DNA from: Octopus vulgaris
Lineage: Eukaryota
Direction of reading: 5' to 3'
Assembly: GCA_951406725.2 (NCBI GenBank)
Contig: OX597828.1
Location: forward strand, 15,624,001-15,688,000
Length of the DNA: 64,000 bases
A model generated the notes under the pieces. The model had not been told where the DNA came from, did no database searches, and was given only the letters and a program-made list of their open reading frames with translations. The position numbers and the translations under genes are program-made. This document shows, piece after piece, positions 27,633 through 41,494 of this stretch; the stretch's first letter is position 1; every line of letters begins with the position of its first letter.

Positions 27633-27759
27633 ATGCTGCCTTACTTGACATCCTTTTACTTATTTTGATTTCATTCACCTTACTTCGAGCTGTGCGGATA
27701 ATACCGGACTGACCTGGGGCCTCAAATTAAGTACCTAATTCAATGAATCTTAATTTCTT

Positions 27760-27804
<45 letters not shown>

Positions 27805-27927
27805 GTGTGTATGTATGTATGTATGTATGTATGTATGTATGTATGTATGCATGCATGTATACATACATACATACATACATACATACATACATACATACAT
27901 ACATACATACATACATACATACATACA

Positions 27928-27961
<34 letters not shown>

Positions 27962-28119
27962 CATATATAAAGTAATTCTTTGCCATATCGCGGTTTCCCT
28001 ATCGCGCACTCAGTACATCCAGTTTTCTTCGGCCGGTAGGTATTTATATTTCTTTTAGATTTTAATTATTTCTGTTGGAGGTTTTGGAACGTAATACCTG
28101 CAATACTCGAGGGATTACA

Positions 28120-28202
<83 letters not shown>

Positions 28203-28230
28203 CGTGTGGGTGTGTGTGTGTGTGTGTGTC
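27170..28230. repeat. Dense (TA)n/(TATG)n/(TACA)n/(TG)n microsatellite field
   Basis: Read directly. Confidence 0.9.
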
Positions 28231-28796
28231 TATTTCAACTTCTAAAGGCAAATCCACAGCAGTTACCGAAGGGAAAAAAATCTCTTATGGTAAAAAAAGT
28301 GTAAAAACATCATATCTGCTCAGTGCTTCCCCCTATCGGCTTCCCAGATGGCCAATTCTGATTCTTTAGTCTTCCTCAATAGGAAACACCGAAAAGAGAT
28401 AACTTTGAACAGATTCAAAGCCGTAACTTTAACTAAAAACAGTCAACATCAGTGACTGAGATGCGCTTCTCGACCGTCTGCTCGGGATAAATATACTAAT
28501 ATCAGCGTCAAGCAATGATTAGGAATAAATGAACTTAGTTAAAATTCGTTCATGACATATTTTAACTTCTAAAAGCAAATTCACTGCAGTTATTGTGGGA
28601 GAAAAAATTCCCTTTTATGGTCCGTTAGGGGGAAGATATTACTCAGATATTGTGTTTTTTACATCTTTTGCCATAAGAGAGATTTTTTTTCTCCACGCTC
28701 CACGCTGCAGTGAATTTGCCTTTAGAAGTCGAAATATGTGATAAATATATCTAAACTTACCCAAAGCCCGTTTATTCCTAATCACTGCTTAGCGAC
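28230..28796. mobile_element. MITE-like element with long imperfect inverted repeats
   Basis: 28505-28590 inverted with 28706-28795; 28230-28340 inverted with 28625-28736. Confidence 0.6.
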
Positions 28797-28931
28797 ACAC
28801 ACACACACACATTTGTATATATATATATATAATTAGGAAGAAGTCATTATTTAATGATTTATCAGTGGCCAGAGTACCAACAAGACCATATTGGTTAATT
28901 TATATTTATGTATGATTATAAAATATTATCA

Positions 28932-29030
<99 letters not shown>

Positions 29031-29182
29031 GATGGGCTTCTTTCAGTTTCCGTCTAAAATCCACTCACAAGGCTTTAGTCGGCTCGAGACTATAGTTGAA
29101 GACACTTGTCCGAATGGAACTGAACCCGGAACCATGTGGCTGGGAAGCAAGCATCTTACCACTCAGCCACGCTTGCGCCTAT

Positions 29183-29270
<88 letters not shown>

Positions 29271-29346
29271 TATATATATGTATGTATATATATGTATATA
29301 TATATAATGATAAATCTCAGAGCGAGTTATAAACAGTAGCGGTAAC

Positions 29347-29479
29347 ACATCGTGACGCATATTTACCATTTGAATATGGCTAACCCCTAAGGGTGGATGC
29401 TACTTCGGGGCTACAAACTACAGTAGCATCCACCCTTAGGGGTTAGCCATATTCAAATGGCAAATATGCGTCACGATGT
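29347..29479. repeat. Near-perfect hairpin, 58-bp arms and 17-nt loop
   Basis: Arms 29347-29404 and 29422-29479, one mismatch; island between (TA)n tracts. Confidence 0.92.
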
Positions 29480-29512
29480 ATATATATATGTATGTATATA
29501 TATATGTATGTG

Positions 29513-29552
<40 letters not shown>

Positions 29553-30023
29553 TAAAGTACCGGTCAAGTGCCGAAGTCGATTTGAACGAGACTAACCCCT
29601 TCTCGACCAGTAGCATACCATGCGGGTATGCAGAGCATGCGCCGCACAGGACGGCCACTTCATATTTGTGTGTTTGCAGCAGTCGAAGGTCCGTGGCGTT
29701 TAAGGAAGTGACAACTAATATGGTTGACGCACTGGGTGGTCTAAACCATGTTAGGTCGCTTTTGATCTTCGTGCCTATATTAGAAATGGATTACATTGAA
29801 ATTTATTTCTACAATGATAAGGCTACAAGCTGGCAGAACCGTTAGAGCCTCTGAAGAGAATGCGGTGCAGTAATTCTTCTGGCTCTCAACGTTCTGAGAT
29901 CAACTTTATCTTTCAACCCCCCTGGGGTCGATAGAATAAAACACCAGACTAGTAACTGGAGTTGAATGTACTTGCTTAATCTCTTGTTCCCAATATTGCG
30001 AGTTCTGCGCCTGAATCAGAAAC

Positions 30024-30360
30024 AGGTTCCGGGTTCAGTCCCACCTTGGGCAAGTGTCTTCTACTATAGCCTTGGGCTGACCAAAGCCTTGTGAGTGGAT
30101 TTGGTAGACGGAAACTGAAAGAAGCCCGTCGTATATATATACATACATACATATATATATGTGTATATGTATGTTTGATGTCTGTGTTTGTCCCCCCAAC
30201 ATCGCTTGACAACTGATGCTGGTGTGTTTACGTTCCCGTAACTTAGCGGTTCGGCAAGAGAGAACGATAGAATAAGTCCTGGAGGCGATTTGCTCGACTA
30301 AAAGCGGTGCTCCAGCATGGCCACGGTCAAATGACTGAAACAAGTAAAAGAGAAAGAGTA
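30024..30360 (+). mobile_element. SINE family A, 5' truncated, after a decayed family D copy (29822-30020)
   Basis: Consensus match. Confidence 0.85.
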
Positions 30361-30454
30361 AATGATGATGATAATGATGATGATGATAAAGACGATGACG
30401 ATTATGGGATGGTGGTGGTGGTGGTGGTGTAAAGAAGGAAGCGAAGTTGTTATT

Positions 30455-30630
30455 GTTGTTTAGCCCTTGGTCGACCCTAATCGCGCAGCCCTTTGGTCAA
30501 AGGCATTTCCAATCCTGACTCTCTCCTTTCTTTTCCCAATATGCGAGAAATCCAAGCCTCATTATCCAACGCAGAACTTGGCTGCTGTTTCTAGCTTGAC
30601 GGGGCGTCCACACGGAGGCTCCATCGTTGA
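30455..30630 (+). repeat. Ancient unclassified interspersed repeat
   Basis: TTGTTTAGCCC...GTCAAAG...TTGGCTGCT.TTTCTAGC recurs near 10550, 11030, 12110-12310, 31525, 54070 and 62970-63425. Confidence 0.55.
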
Positions 30631-30991
30631 CCATAGGGAATGCAGTTGTCAGCGAATTTAGGGAGAAAAAACATGAATCTGCGAATCGCTGACACATTTG
30701 ATTGATCTAGAGGTAAACGCAATAAATCTTAACGGGACATTGAATATTCAGTGAAGCGAAATACGTCAGTGGATCACTGGAATATAAAACCAACGGTTAC
30801 TGCGATCAAACGTGGATTTATTAGGTTCTAAAATATCAATACTTTACATATATGTGTGAGGGAGAAGAAAGCCTGTGGACTTCCATCAAAGATAGCGAAG
30901 GGTTAAATATATTTTCGCCTTAATTTAGATTTCGATTAATAAGTGACTAAGGACTTCTCTTTTTGAGCAATGGTAGTGTTGGTTGCTGCTG

Positions 30992-31483
30992 TCTTCTTCT
31001 TCTTCCAATCAGGACTCACGCCATTAGCCACAAATAATAATCTCAAATTCGATCCTTCTCTAAGCTACTAAGAATGCGTGTGGCAACTTGAAGATCCACC
31101 CACCACACGCGATAGACTGGCGGTCGCACGGGTGAGAAAGCTACGTTGTTATCCTCGTTCCGTAAACGGTGGCTTTTAACAGGTGGAGAGCTGAACCATC
31201 CTGGGGTACAGAGGATTCGCAATCTAGACTAGGGTCTGAAAGTTTTACTACACCCATAGTGTAGTGGTTCCTCTGTTTTGTGGCAGAAGTAGGAAGAAAG
31301 AGTGAGAGAAAGTTGTGGTGAAAGAGTACAGCGGGGTTCACCCCCCCACTCCCCTGCCGGAGCCTCGTGAAGCCTAGGTGTTTTTGCTCAATAAACACTC
31401 ACAATGACCCGGTCTGGGAATCGAAACCGCGTTCTTACGACCGCGGGTTCGCTGCCCTAAGCACTGGGCCATTGCACATCCAC
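30992..31483 (-). mobile_element. SINE family B with tail d
   Basis: Colinear with 52849-53389; ends in (GAA)n. Confidence 0.9.
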
Positions 31484-31705
31484 TGCTGTTGTTGGCGTCG
31501 CCGTTGTTGACTGTTCGTGTTATTTATTGTTTAGCCCAAGGTCGGCTCTGACCGCGTAAGTCTAAGAAGAAAATTCAAGCCGATTCTACCTTTGTCTCCT
31601 AAATAATCAAAAAAGAAAATCATTACATTATCCAACGTACCCTACTCTTTCTGGGTTATTTCTTTTAGCTTCTTAGCTCATTTTTGTTTAAATTATATAC
31701 ACACA

Positions 31706-31976
31706 CAGCGGACTGGCAGTCGTAGGATCGTGGTTTCGATTCCCAGACCGGGCGTTGTGTGTGTTTATTGAGCGAAAACACCTTAAAAAGCTCCACGAGG
31801 CTCCCGCAGGGGGTGGGGATCCCTGCTGTACTCTTTCACCACTCTTTCTCTCTTTCTTCTGTTGGCCTGCTCGCTTAGCCAGCGGGGTGGCGTTATTTGG
31901 AGGCTAAAACAATGCGAACGCATTGTGACCAGCGATGTGTAGCAACATCTGATAGTCTGGTCGGTCACGTGATCAC
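31706..31976 (+). mobile_element. SINE family B with tail a, 5' truncated
   Basis: Matches 1846-2155. Confidence 0.88.
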
Positions 31977-32028
31977 ATACATATATACATATATACGTAT
32001 GTATGTATGTATGTATGTATGTATGTAT

Positions 32029-32246
32029 TGGAGGGAGTACTGAAAAGTCCTTGGCTTTAAGGCTATGGCGAAAGGCCTGGCTGGAGGCTCAACCTACCGA
32101 GCTCTTGTAAAGGGTTTAGAAAAACTGAAGGATTGCTGCAATAGGTGTGTGAATCTGAGAAGAGAATATGTTGAATAAAATCATAATTAACTGATCCTCC
32201 TGTATTTTCTTTTACTCAAAACCAGGAACTTTTCAGCACCCCACGT
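32029..32246 (+). mobile_element. Mariner-derived MITE (~215 bp)
   Basis: TIRs GAGGGAGTACTGAAAAGTCCTTGG / CCAGGAACTTTTCAGCACCCCAC; encodes GLEKLKDCCNRCVNLRREYVE*, a mariner C-terminus. Confidence 0.8.
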
Positions 32247-32258
32247 GTGTGTGTGTGT

Positions 32259-32530
32259 GGGGTGCATGGCCTAGTGCTTTGGGTGTTGTACTCACGATCC
32301 AATTCCTAGACCGGGTGGTGCGTTATGTTTTTTGAGCAAAGCACTTCATCTCACGCTGCTTTGCGATCACTTCGACACATGACGCGTGGCACACAGTACA
32401 CCTGTTCAGATGGAGAGAGTGAGCAAATGTGCGGCACGAACATTTGATCACTATAAAGAAATCCTTTGTGCAGTTCGTTCGACAAAAGCTGGACTCGCAC
32501 ACATCGTCTTCGACTAGAGAGTCCATCATA
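32259..32530 (+). mobile_element. SINE with C-type body and a further tail (f)
   Basis: TGGCCTAGTG head, TTGAGCAAAGCACTTCATCTCACG body, then 3' sequence seen only here. Confidence 0.6.
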
Positions 32531-33006
32531 TATATGTATATTAGTTCGGCCGTCGTCGGTGCAACATCTATATCCCCCCTGTGCCTGTGAAATCTTGTAT
32601 CTCTGCCGTAAGGCTTTATTTCCATACACACTAGCTTAATTTAATTCGTCCTTAGTTGAAAGACACCTGTTGTTATGTCCAGTTATTTGTATTTGTGTAA
32701 CATTCTCCGTTTTTTTTTCTGTCCTTATTTTCGTTTACATTCGCTGCTTTCTTCCAAGGAATCTAATACTCTTAGCTTAGTTTTTCCTTAGAGCTGGCCA
32801 GATTGGAGCAATCTCGAGTATAACCAGCCGAAATTGCAAAGATAATGTGGATCTCGACTGAGGAAAGAAAACTCCGAATAACCCGTTCTTGTTTTCTTTG
32901 TATCGTCTGTCTGGATGTTTGTTGTCCCTTTTTTGTATCACCTAACTGTCTGGATGTTTTGAGTTCTTGTTCCAATTTGTATTTTATACACACACAAACA
33001 CACGCG

Positions 33007-33037
<31 letters not shown>

Positions 33038-33044
33038 ATATATG

Positions 33045-33414
33045 TTCTTTTATTCTTTAACGTGTTTCAGTATTATGAATGCGGCCATGCTGGAGCATCA
33101 CCTTTGGTCGAACAAGTCGACCCCAGGACTTATTCTTTGTAAGCCGAGTACTTATTTTATCGGGCTCTTTGCCGAACCGCTAAGTTACGGAGACCTAAAC
33201 ACACCAGCATCGGTCGTCAAGCGATGGTGGGGCGGTGTGACAAACACACACACACATATACGACGGGCTTCTTTCAGTTTCCGTCTACCAAATCCACTCA
33301 CAAGGCTTTGGTCGGCGCGAGGCTATAGTAGAAGACATATGCCCGAGGTTCCACGCAGTGGGATTGAACCCGGAACAACGTGGTTGGTAAGCAAGCTACT
33401 TATCACACGGCCAC
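33045..33414 (-). mobile_element. SINE family A
   Basis: Consensus match. Confidence 0.9.
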
Positions 33415-34104
33415 ATATCACGTGGTAATGTTTTTTCGAATATTTTGATGAGTGTGAATAAAACTTTACTTGTCTTTCTTTGTAAAGTATGTGCGCACTC
33501 CCGCTCTCCTACCATCTTCAATTAAAAAAACAAAAATATTTCCTTTGTGCACTAGTTGCGAATAACTGTGCGCGCGCACAAGCGCACAGCTGAGCGGAAA
33601 TGTTGCTGCTGAGAACTACCTTACTCTTAAACGGGATAACAGTTTTTTTTTCTTTTGACACACGTTCGTAAGCGACCAACAAAAGGGCATTGAGCGAGTG
33701 TGTGTGTGCATGTGTTAATAAGAGGAATGTGTGTGTGTGTCTGTGTGTGTACGGAGCGGCGTATTGTTTGCGTGTGTGAGGATGTATGTGTGTATGAGTG
33801 TGTATTAATGTGTGTGAAAGTGTCTGTGAATATATGCGCGTGTTATGTGATACGGAATATGGGTGCCTTTCTCGCTGTTAGAGCCCCATTTGCATTTTCC
33901 TGTTGTAACTTTGTTTTTTTTTTGTTATTGTTATTAGAGAGCAGGCGCCGTCCGTGATCTTTGCAGCCTACCCCCGCTTTTAACAAACAGATTGATGGGG
34001 GTCGATGCGTGGTTAAAGTTCAGAGTGACCTTATGTAAGTGTAATGAATGTCGGGAAGTTGAACGGGGAACGTGGGAACGGAGAGATTTCGAGAGGTGCT
34101 GGGT

Positions 34105-34222
34105 AAAAACAAAAACAACAATAACAACAACAACAACAACAATAACAACAACAGCAACAACAACAACAACAACAACAATAACAATAATAATAATAATAAT
34201 AATAACAATAATAATGATGATG

Positions 34223-34286
<64 letters not shown>

Positions 34287-34292
34287 TAATAA

Positions 34293-34358
<66 letters not shown>
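34105..34358. repeat. (AAC)n(AAT)n microsatellite
   Basis: Read directly. Confidence 0.95.
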
Positions 34359-34361
<3 letters not shown>

Positions 34362-34667
34362 GTATCTAGAGTTAGGTTTAATGTGTAGGTAGGAAACGAA
34401 ACACAAGAAGAAGAGGAGAGACGAGGAAATTCGATGAGCGGAATTGGTGTGAAATGGAATTGATATGAAGTTTTGCTATACGTAGAAACCATTGCAGTCA
34501 GTCATAGCTAAGATTATAGCTAAGATTTCGACCGATGGAGCCCTTTTTTTTTTTATTAAAACTGATTCACCATTAGCATCTAATTTGTAAAATTTTGTTG
34601 TATCTTGGGTGGTGGTGGGGTCATTATGCCAATAATAATAACACATGCACAGGTTCAATTCAATCTA

Positions 34668-35392
34668 CAAGGGGGGCTGAAAAGTCCCTGGCCTTGGGTA
34701 AAAGAAAAATACAGGACAATCAGTTAATTATGATCTTATTCAACATATTCTCAGATACACACGCTTATTGCAGCAGTTCTTTAGTTTTTCTGAACTCTTG
34801 TAAAAGAACTCAGAGGGTTGGGCCTCTAGCCAAGTATTTCATGATACACTTAAAGCCAGGAACTTTTCAGTACTCCATAGGTACAGATTTACCAATATGT
34901 TCATCTCTTGTTCAAAGACAGAAAATATAATATACAGAAAATTTGACTGTTATTTCAAGCAGTTCAAGCAACCACACAGAGCTCTTTCAGAAAGTCATAA
35001 AAAAAACGAAACCATAGGATTTAAAAACAATATGACATAAATTTGATAAATAGAATACATGGTATATAATTTGATATTCGCCTCTCAGATTCACACACTT
35101 ATTGCAGCAGCCCTTCAGTTTTTCTAAGCCCTTTAAAAGAACCCAGAGTGTTGGGCCTCCATCCAAGTGTTTCAAGATACCCTTAAAGCCAGGAACTTTT
35201 CAATACCCCATAGGTACAGATTAACCAATATGTTATATAATGGTATATAATTTGATATTCCCCTCTCAGATTCACACACTTATTGCAGCGGTCCTTCAGT
35301 TTTTCTAAGCCCTGTAAAAACTCGGAAGGTTGGGCCTCCAGTCAGGTCTTTCGCTATAGCCTTGAAGCCAGGAACTTTTTAACACATCTTCG
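34668..35392 (-). mobile_element. Three mariner MITE copies, one full and two partial
   Basis: 34668-34880, ~35071-35211, ~35251-35392; flanks TAGGTACAGATT and TGGTATATAATTTGATATTC are also repeated. Confidence 0.8.
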
Positions 35393-35399
35393 TATTTAT

Positions 35400-35625
35400 C
35401 GTGGAGGTGTGTGACTTAGTGGTTAGGGTGCTGGATTCGTGATCGTAAGACTGTTGTTTCGATTCCTGATAACCTAGTAATACATTGTGTTCTTGAGCAA
35501 AACACTTCATTTCGAATTGCTCCAGTCCACTCACCTGGCAAGAATGAGTGACCCTGCGACGGACCGGGTCCCATCTACGAAGGAATTTACGTACGTCAGA
35601 GAAACCGGGAAATTAGATTTATGCT
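35400..35625 (+). mobile_element. Old SINE with C-type body and tail c
   Basis: Diverged homolog of 9205-9467. Confidence 0.7.
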
Positions 35626-36159
35626 CTTTATAGAGTAATGAGGACCGACCATTCTTAGTTAATTGGTTAAATAGCTAACCAACTAATTATTCAATCGTTT
35701 GTCTAATGAGCTGGTTTATCAGTCAAATTTATTCCGTCGCTGTTTAACCTGCACATTAAACAAACGATTGATCAGTTAGTTGGTAAGATATTTAACCAGT
35801 TTACTAAGTATAAAGAAGTGGAATTGAACCTGTGCTTGTGTTATTATTGGCCTAATGACTTTCGCAAGACAAAAAAAACACCTGTTTCAATACACGAATT
35901 CACATCATGAATCTTGCAAACAAAATACAAAAACGAAACCAAATTAAAATATGAGATAATTATAAAATTTTTTTTATCTCCTTTGTGTTCTAGTTGTATA
36001 ACATCTGTGCAATCACACGAGTGCAGAGCCTAGCGGAAATTACTGCGCAGAACCACCCTACTCTTAAACGAAATGACAGTTTTTTTTTTACACACGTTCG
36101 TAAGTGGCCAGCAAAAGGGCATTGAACGAGTATGTGTGTATATGTTAACAAGGTCGGTT

Positions 36160-36421
36160 ACTCAGAACGTAACGACAGACGAAATACCTATTTCTTTACT
36201 ACCCACAAGGGGTTAAACACAGAGGGGACAAACAAGGACAGACACACGGATTAAGTCGATTACATCGACCACAGTGCGTAACTGGTACTTATTTAATCGA
36301 CCCCGAAAGGATGAAAGGCAAAGTCGACCTCGGCGGAATTTGAACTCAGAACGTAACGGCAGACGAAATACGGCTACGCATTTCGCCCGGCGTGCTAACG
36401 ATTCTGCCAGCTCGCCGCCTT
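36160..36421 (-). mobile_element. SINE family D, full unit plus start of a second
   Basis: Head, Meta-like core, T1, junction GTATTTCGTCTG. Confidence 0.9.
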
Positions 36422-36930
36422 AATAGAATGTAATATAACTGATGAGAAAATACCATTGTTGCATTGTCTGCTCACCTGTTTTCTCTTTTTCATTCTCGAA
36501 AATACTGCGAGTAGGCTTATGGGTACACGCATTTGTATCTGGCTTTGATCCAGATCAGCAACAATTTCTCTATTATATACACAGGTCCTTGCAATTTCTT
36601 TGTTATTATCGGCGACTTGGTGACGGCAGAACCGTTTAATACATTTAAACTCCTTTACTTGTCCTTAAGAGATTGTCGATTGAGACAATTTACAAATCAT
36701 GTGCGATCGCCTTTATTTCTTTTTTATCCTTCATGCTGGTTCATTATCGTAAATTTAACCTCTGAATTAAGTGACTTCTGTTTCTTGCCTGGGATATTTG
36801 CAAATTCTTTCTTCTGTAGGTTCAAAGCCCGAGCTTTACTTTTTTTTTTTTTTTTTTTTTTGTAGAGGGTGGGAGTGAGGAGCTAGTTGATTACATCGAC
36901 ACCAGTGCTCAACTGGTATTTATTTTATGG

Positions 36931-37350
36931 AAGGCGGCGAGCTGGCAGAATCGTTAGCACGCCGGGCGAAGTGCTTAGCGGTATTTCGTCTGCCGTTGCG
37001 TTCTGAGTTCAAATTCCGCCGAGTTTGACTTTGCCTTTCATCCTTTCGGGGTCGATAAATTAAGTACCAGTTACGCACTGGGGTCGATATAATCGACTTA
37101 ATCCGTTTGTCTGTCCTTGTTTGTCCTCTCTGTGTTTAGTCCCTTGTGGGTAGTAAAGAAATAGGTATTTCGTCTGCCGTTGCGTTCTGAGTTCAAATTC
37201 CGCCGAGGTTGACTTTGCCTTTCATCCTTTCGGGTTCGATAAATTAAGTACCAGTTACGCACTGGGGTCGATATAATCGACTTAATTCGTTTGTCTGTCC
37301 TTGTTTGTCCTCTCTGTGTTTAGCCCCTTGTGGGTAGTAAAGAAATAGAT
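36931..37350 (+). mobile_element. SINE family D dimer among older minus-strand D copies (36810-37692)
   Basis: Head plus two ~184-bp units with the same junction. Confidence 0.9.
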
Positions 37351-38197
37351 ATTTATTTTGTGGGAAGGATGAAAGGGAAAGACCGATCACGGTGGCATTT
37401 GAACTCGGAACGAAAAGTCGGAAGAAATAACGCTGAGCATTTTGTCGGATATGCTTACGATTCTGCCAGCTTTCCACCTTGCTTCTAATTTTGGTATAAG
37501 ACCAGCAGTTTTGAAGGCAGAGGTAAGTAACTTACACCAATGCCATTGCTGATATTAATTTTATCGACTCCGAAAGTATGAAAGACAAAGATGACTACGG
37601 CGGCCATTGAATTACGAACGTAAGGAGCCGGAAAAAAATGCCGCTACGCTTTTAATCCGACGCGGTAACGATTCTGCTAGCTCGCTGCCTTTAGGATATT
37701 TGCAAATGTTAAGATAAACCTTTGCTTTGTATGACAACTTTCGTGTAGTAAGTAAATCTTTAGAAGTTTCGTAAAGTAGTTGCGGCATGACTGCTGAAAA
37801 GAAAAACGATTCTAGGAGAAAACACGATGATGATAATGCTGTTCGGTGACACGCATCAGCGCAGACGTAGGAATGATTGAATTTGAGCGCTGAACCATAG
37901 AGCGAATTCTTAAAGAAAAAGTGCGCTCGGGAATGAAAATAATCATTACTACAGGTGATCGTAGACGCTGTTATAACACTGCTGAGTATGGAGAAAAATT
38001 TCATGTGAGCGCGCAGAAATGAAAATGGTCGTATTTGGGGGTTGTCGTAAACCGGATAAATGTTGTATGTCAGGGAGTGTCAGTTTTTGTTCAAACTCTC
38101 AAGGTCAACTGTTCATCAATCCGATGTCCATAAACAGAATAGGTGTTAAGTACAAGAGTCAATTTCTCTGTTTCCCTAAAAGAGCCAAACAACATCG

Positions 38198-38257
<60 letters not shown>

Positions 38258-38258
<1 letters not shown>

Positions 38259-38472
38259 CTCTGAGTCCTATTATGACAACTTACTGATTGTCCTAGATCG
38301 CTAGCCACTACACATTCTTTATTTTCCTTGTTTCTTTCTGTGTTCCTTTCTGTGGAAGAGCGTAGGTTCGAAAAGTTAAAGACTTTTTCACTTCCCGAGC
38401 GTTAAACTAATACATCTGTTTGTTATCTACACCACCTGTCTTCGTCTTTTGCTTTTTTTGTGAATTCTCACA
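38258..38472 (+). mobile_element. Penelope-like remnant with decayed hammerhead (38346-38381)
   Basis: Homologous to 54560-54757; CTGTGGA-AGAGC(GTAG)GTTC-GAAA; between TA tracts. Confidence 0.55.
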
Positions 38473-38486
38473 ATATATACACACAC

Positions 38487-38542
<56 letters not shown>

Positions 38543-38547
38543 TAAGA

Positions 38548-38596
38548 CAAAACTGTCCGACGAACGGGAACGTGAAACTCTGAGTAACAGCTTTTG
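38548..38596 (+). ncRNA. Minimal type I hammerhead ribozyme motif
   Basis: Stem I CAAAACTGT/ACAG(C)TTTTG, CCGACGA, ACG(GGAA)CGT, GAAA, ACTC(T)GAGT, GUA; host element runs to 38694. Confidence 0.75.
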
Positions 38597-38694
38597 TTAT
38601 ATTTCTGCTTCTTTTAAATAAAGCATATTACTCTACCTCTGGTATTTGAATACTCTTTTTTCCACCTTGTTTGACATTTATGTGCTTACTCCGG

Positions 38695-38742
<48 letters not shown>

Positions 38743-38744
38743 TG

Positions 38745-38838
<94 letters not shown>

Positions 38839-38990
38839 GGTTCAAACAAATAAACAAAGAGAAAAGATGTCAAATTAATTTTAATTCCAAAATCTTAAAG
38901 CTGATCAGGGGTTCTCAAATTCCACAACGCAAACAGAAAGTGGATAGCAATTTTCAGGACTGAATTTTACATTTTTTTCTAATATCTGAC

Positions 38991-39220
38991 AGGCATGATT
39001 GTGAGGTAAGAAACTTGCTTCTCAACCACATGGTTCCTGGTTCAGTCCCACTGCGTGCTACCTTGGGTAAGTTTCTTTTACAATAGACTCGGGTCGACCA
39101 AAGCCCGAGAGAATAAGTACCAGGCTTAACAAAAGAATAATGGGTTGATTCATTCGACTAAATATCCCTTCAAGGCGGTGCCCCAGTATGGCCGCAGTCT
39201 AATGACTGAAACAAGTAAAG
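38991..39220 (+). mobile_element. SINE family A, internally deleted
   Basis: Head and tail joined with no microsatellite block. Confidence 0.8.
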
Positions 39221-39224
39221 GATA

Positions 39225-39263
<39 letters not shown>

Positions 39264-39406
39264 AGGTCTGCTCAGTCAGGTATTGATCTGGGGGCGTTGA
39301 CCACCACCACCACCACCACCGCCACCGCCACCAACACCAACAACAACACAATGACAAAAATTGCTAGCACTCTCACAAACACACACACACACACACACAC
39401 ACACAT

Positions 39407-39440
<34 letters not shown>

Positions 39441-39569
39441 CCACACTCTTCTATATTTCATTCTCATTCTGATACTGTTCCTAGATTTCCCCTTATATAT
39501 GTTCCCATCATCTCTCTATCATCTCCCTTTCACTCTTTGTACGTATTTTTGTAGACATGTATTTATAAA

Positions 39570-39800
39570 TGTATGCATGTATGTGTATGTATGTATGTAT
39601 GTATGTATGTATGTATGTATGTATGTATGTATGTATGTATGTATGTATGTATGTATGTGTGTGTATGTATGTATGTATGTATGTATGTATGTATGTATGT
39701 ATGTATGTATGTATGTATGTATGCATGTGTGTGTATGTATGTATGTATTATGTATGTATGTATCTATGCATGCATGTATGTATGTGTGTATGTATGTATG

Positions 39801-39832
<32 letters not shown>

Positions 39833-40308
39833 TGTATGTATGTGTGTATGTATGTATGTATGTATGTGTGTATGTATGTATGTATGCATGTGTGTATGTA
39901 TGTATGTATGTATGTGTGTATGTATGTATGTATGTATGTGTGTATGTATGTATGTATGCGTGTATGTATGTATGTGTATGCATGTATGTATGTGTGTATG
40001 TATGTATGTATGTATGTATGTATGTATGTATGTATGTATGTATGTGTGTATGTATGTATGTGTGTATGTATGTATGTATGTATGTGTGTATGTATGTATG
40101 TATGTATGTATGTACGGATGGATGAATGTATGTATGTATGTATGTATGTATGTATGTATGTATGTGTGTATGTATGTATGTATGTATGTATGTATGTATG
40201 TATGTATGTATGTATGTATGTATGTGTGTATGTATGTATGTGTGTATGTATGTATGTATGTATGCATGTATGTATGTATGTACGGATGGCTGGATGAATG
40301 GATGTATG
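39570..40308. repeat. Long (TATG)n microsatellite
   Basis: Read directly. Confidence 0.95.
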
Positions 40309-40411
40309 TCAATCAGTTTTATTTCAAGATTTCTTGCCAGTAGAGAAAGAGCCGGTTTCTAACCTAAATCCAAGGATGCTTCATTAGAATTTCAACATCA
40401 ACAACAGAGTA
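40309..40411 (-). mobile_element. R4/Dong LINE terminal 3' UTR fragment
   Basis: Homologous to 57916-58020; flanked by (TATG)n. Confidence 0.8.
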
Positions 40412-40534
40412 TATATATGTATGTATATATGTATGTATATTTGCAAATGTATGTATGTATGTATGTATGTATGTATAAAATACATCATAATCACTCATTG
40501 TAATTGACTTCTCTTTACCCCGTTATGTCTGTCC

Positions 40535-40606
<72 letters not shown>

Positions 40607-40625
40607 GTCTGTCTGTCTGTCTATA

Positions 40626-40682
<57 letters not shown>

Positions 40683-40706
40683 GTCTGTCTATCTATCTAT
40701 CTATCT

Positions 40707-40773
<67 letters not shown>

Positions 40774-40928
40774 CTTACCAACCATATTATGTTATTATCT
40801 TTCACTCATCCTAACCACGTGTATCCTTACATCACAATTATTCTCCGTATCTCATTTTATACCGCTCAAACTCCTTCCTATCTGTCTGTCTGTCTGATTG
40901 CTTGTTTCTATCTTTGTCAAATTCTGTT

Positions 40929-40965
<37 letters not shown>

Positions 40966-41374
40966 TGTTTGTTTCTCTTTCCCCTTACCAACATCTGTGG
41001 CTATCGCACACGTCTGGAGTGAACAGTTATATTCAGCGAAAGCGCCTTTTTCCTCAACTTCCCTCACAACCTTCCCCACACACACATACGCACACACATA
41101 CTCATACATGCACATACACATACACACACTCATGCGTGCGTGCACACACGGATACGTTAATAATTAAAGCGCTGACATTGAAATTCATGGACGCACACAC
41201 AAACTCACCCACAATTACAGATGTGTTGGCATGTTTAAGCGCGACATATCTACATATATAATCTACATATATAACGTATATATGTGTATATATAATGCAT
41301 ATATATATATATATTTATACACACCACACACACATACACATATATGTATATGTATGTATATATATTATATGTAT

Positions 41375-41494
41375 ATCACGTGATCACGTGACTGACCAGA
41401 CCATCAGATGTTGCTACACATCGCTGGTCACAATGCGTTTGCATTGTTTTAGCCTTCGAATGACGCCACCCTGCTGGCTAAGCGAGCAGGCCAA
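41375..41494 (-). mobile_element. Isolated SINE tail a
   Basis: Matches 2030-2155. Confidence 0.85.

Noticed and set aside
31855-31912. HDV-like ribozyme in SINE tail a
   Set aside because: Resembles L3 and J4/2, but P3 is mismatched and there is no G-initiated P1 or P1.1
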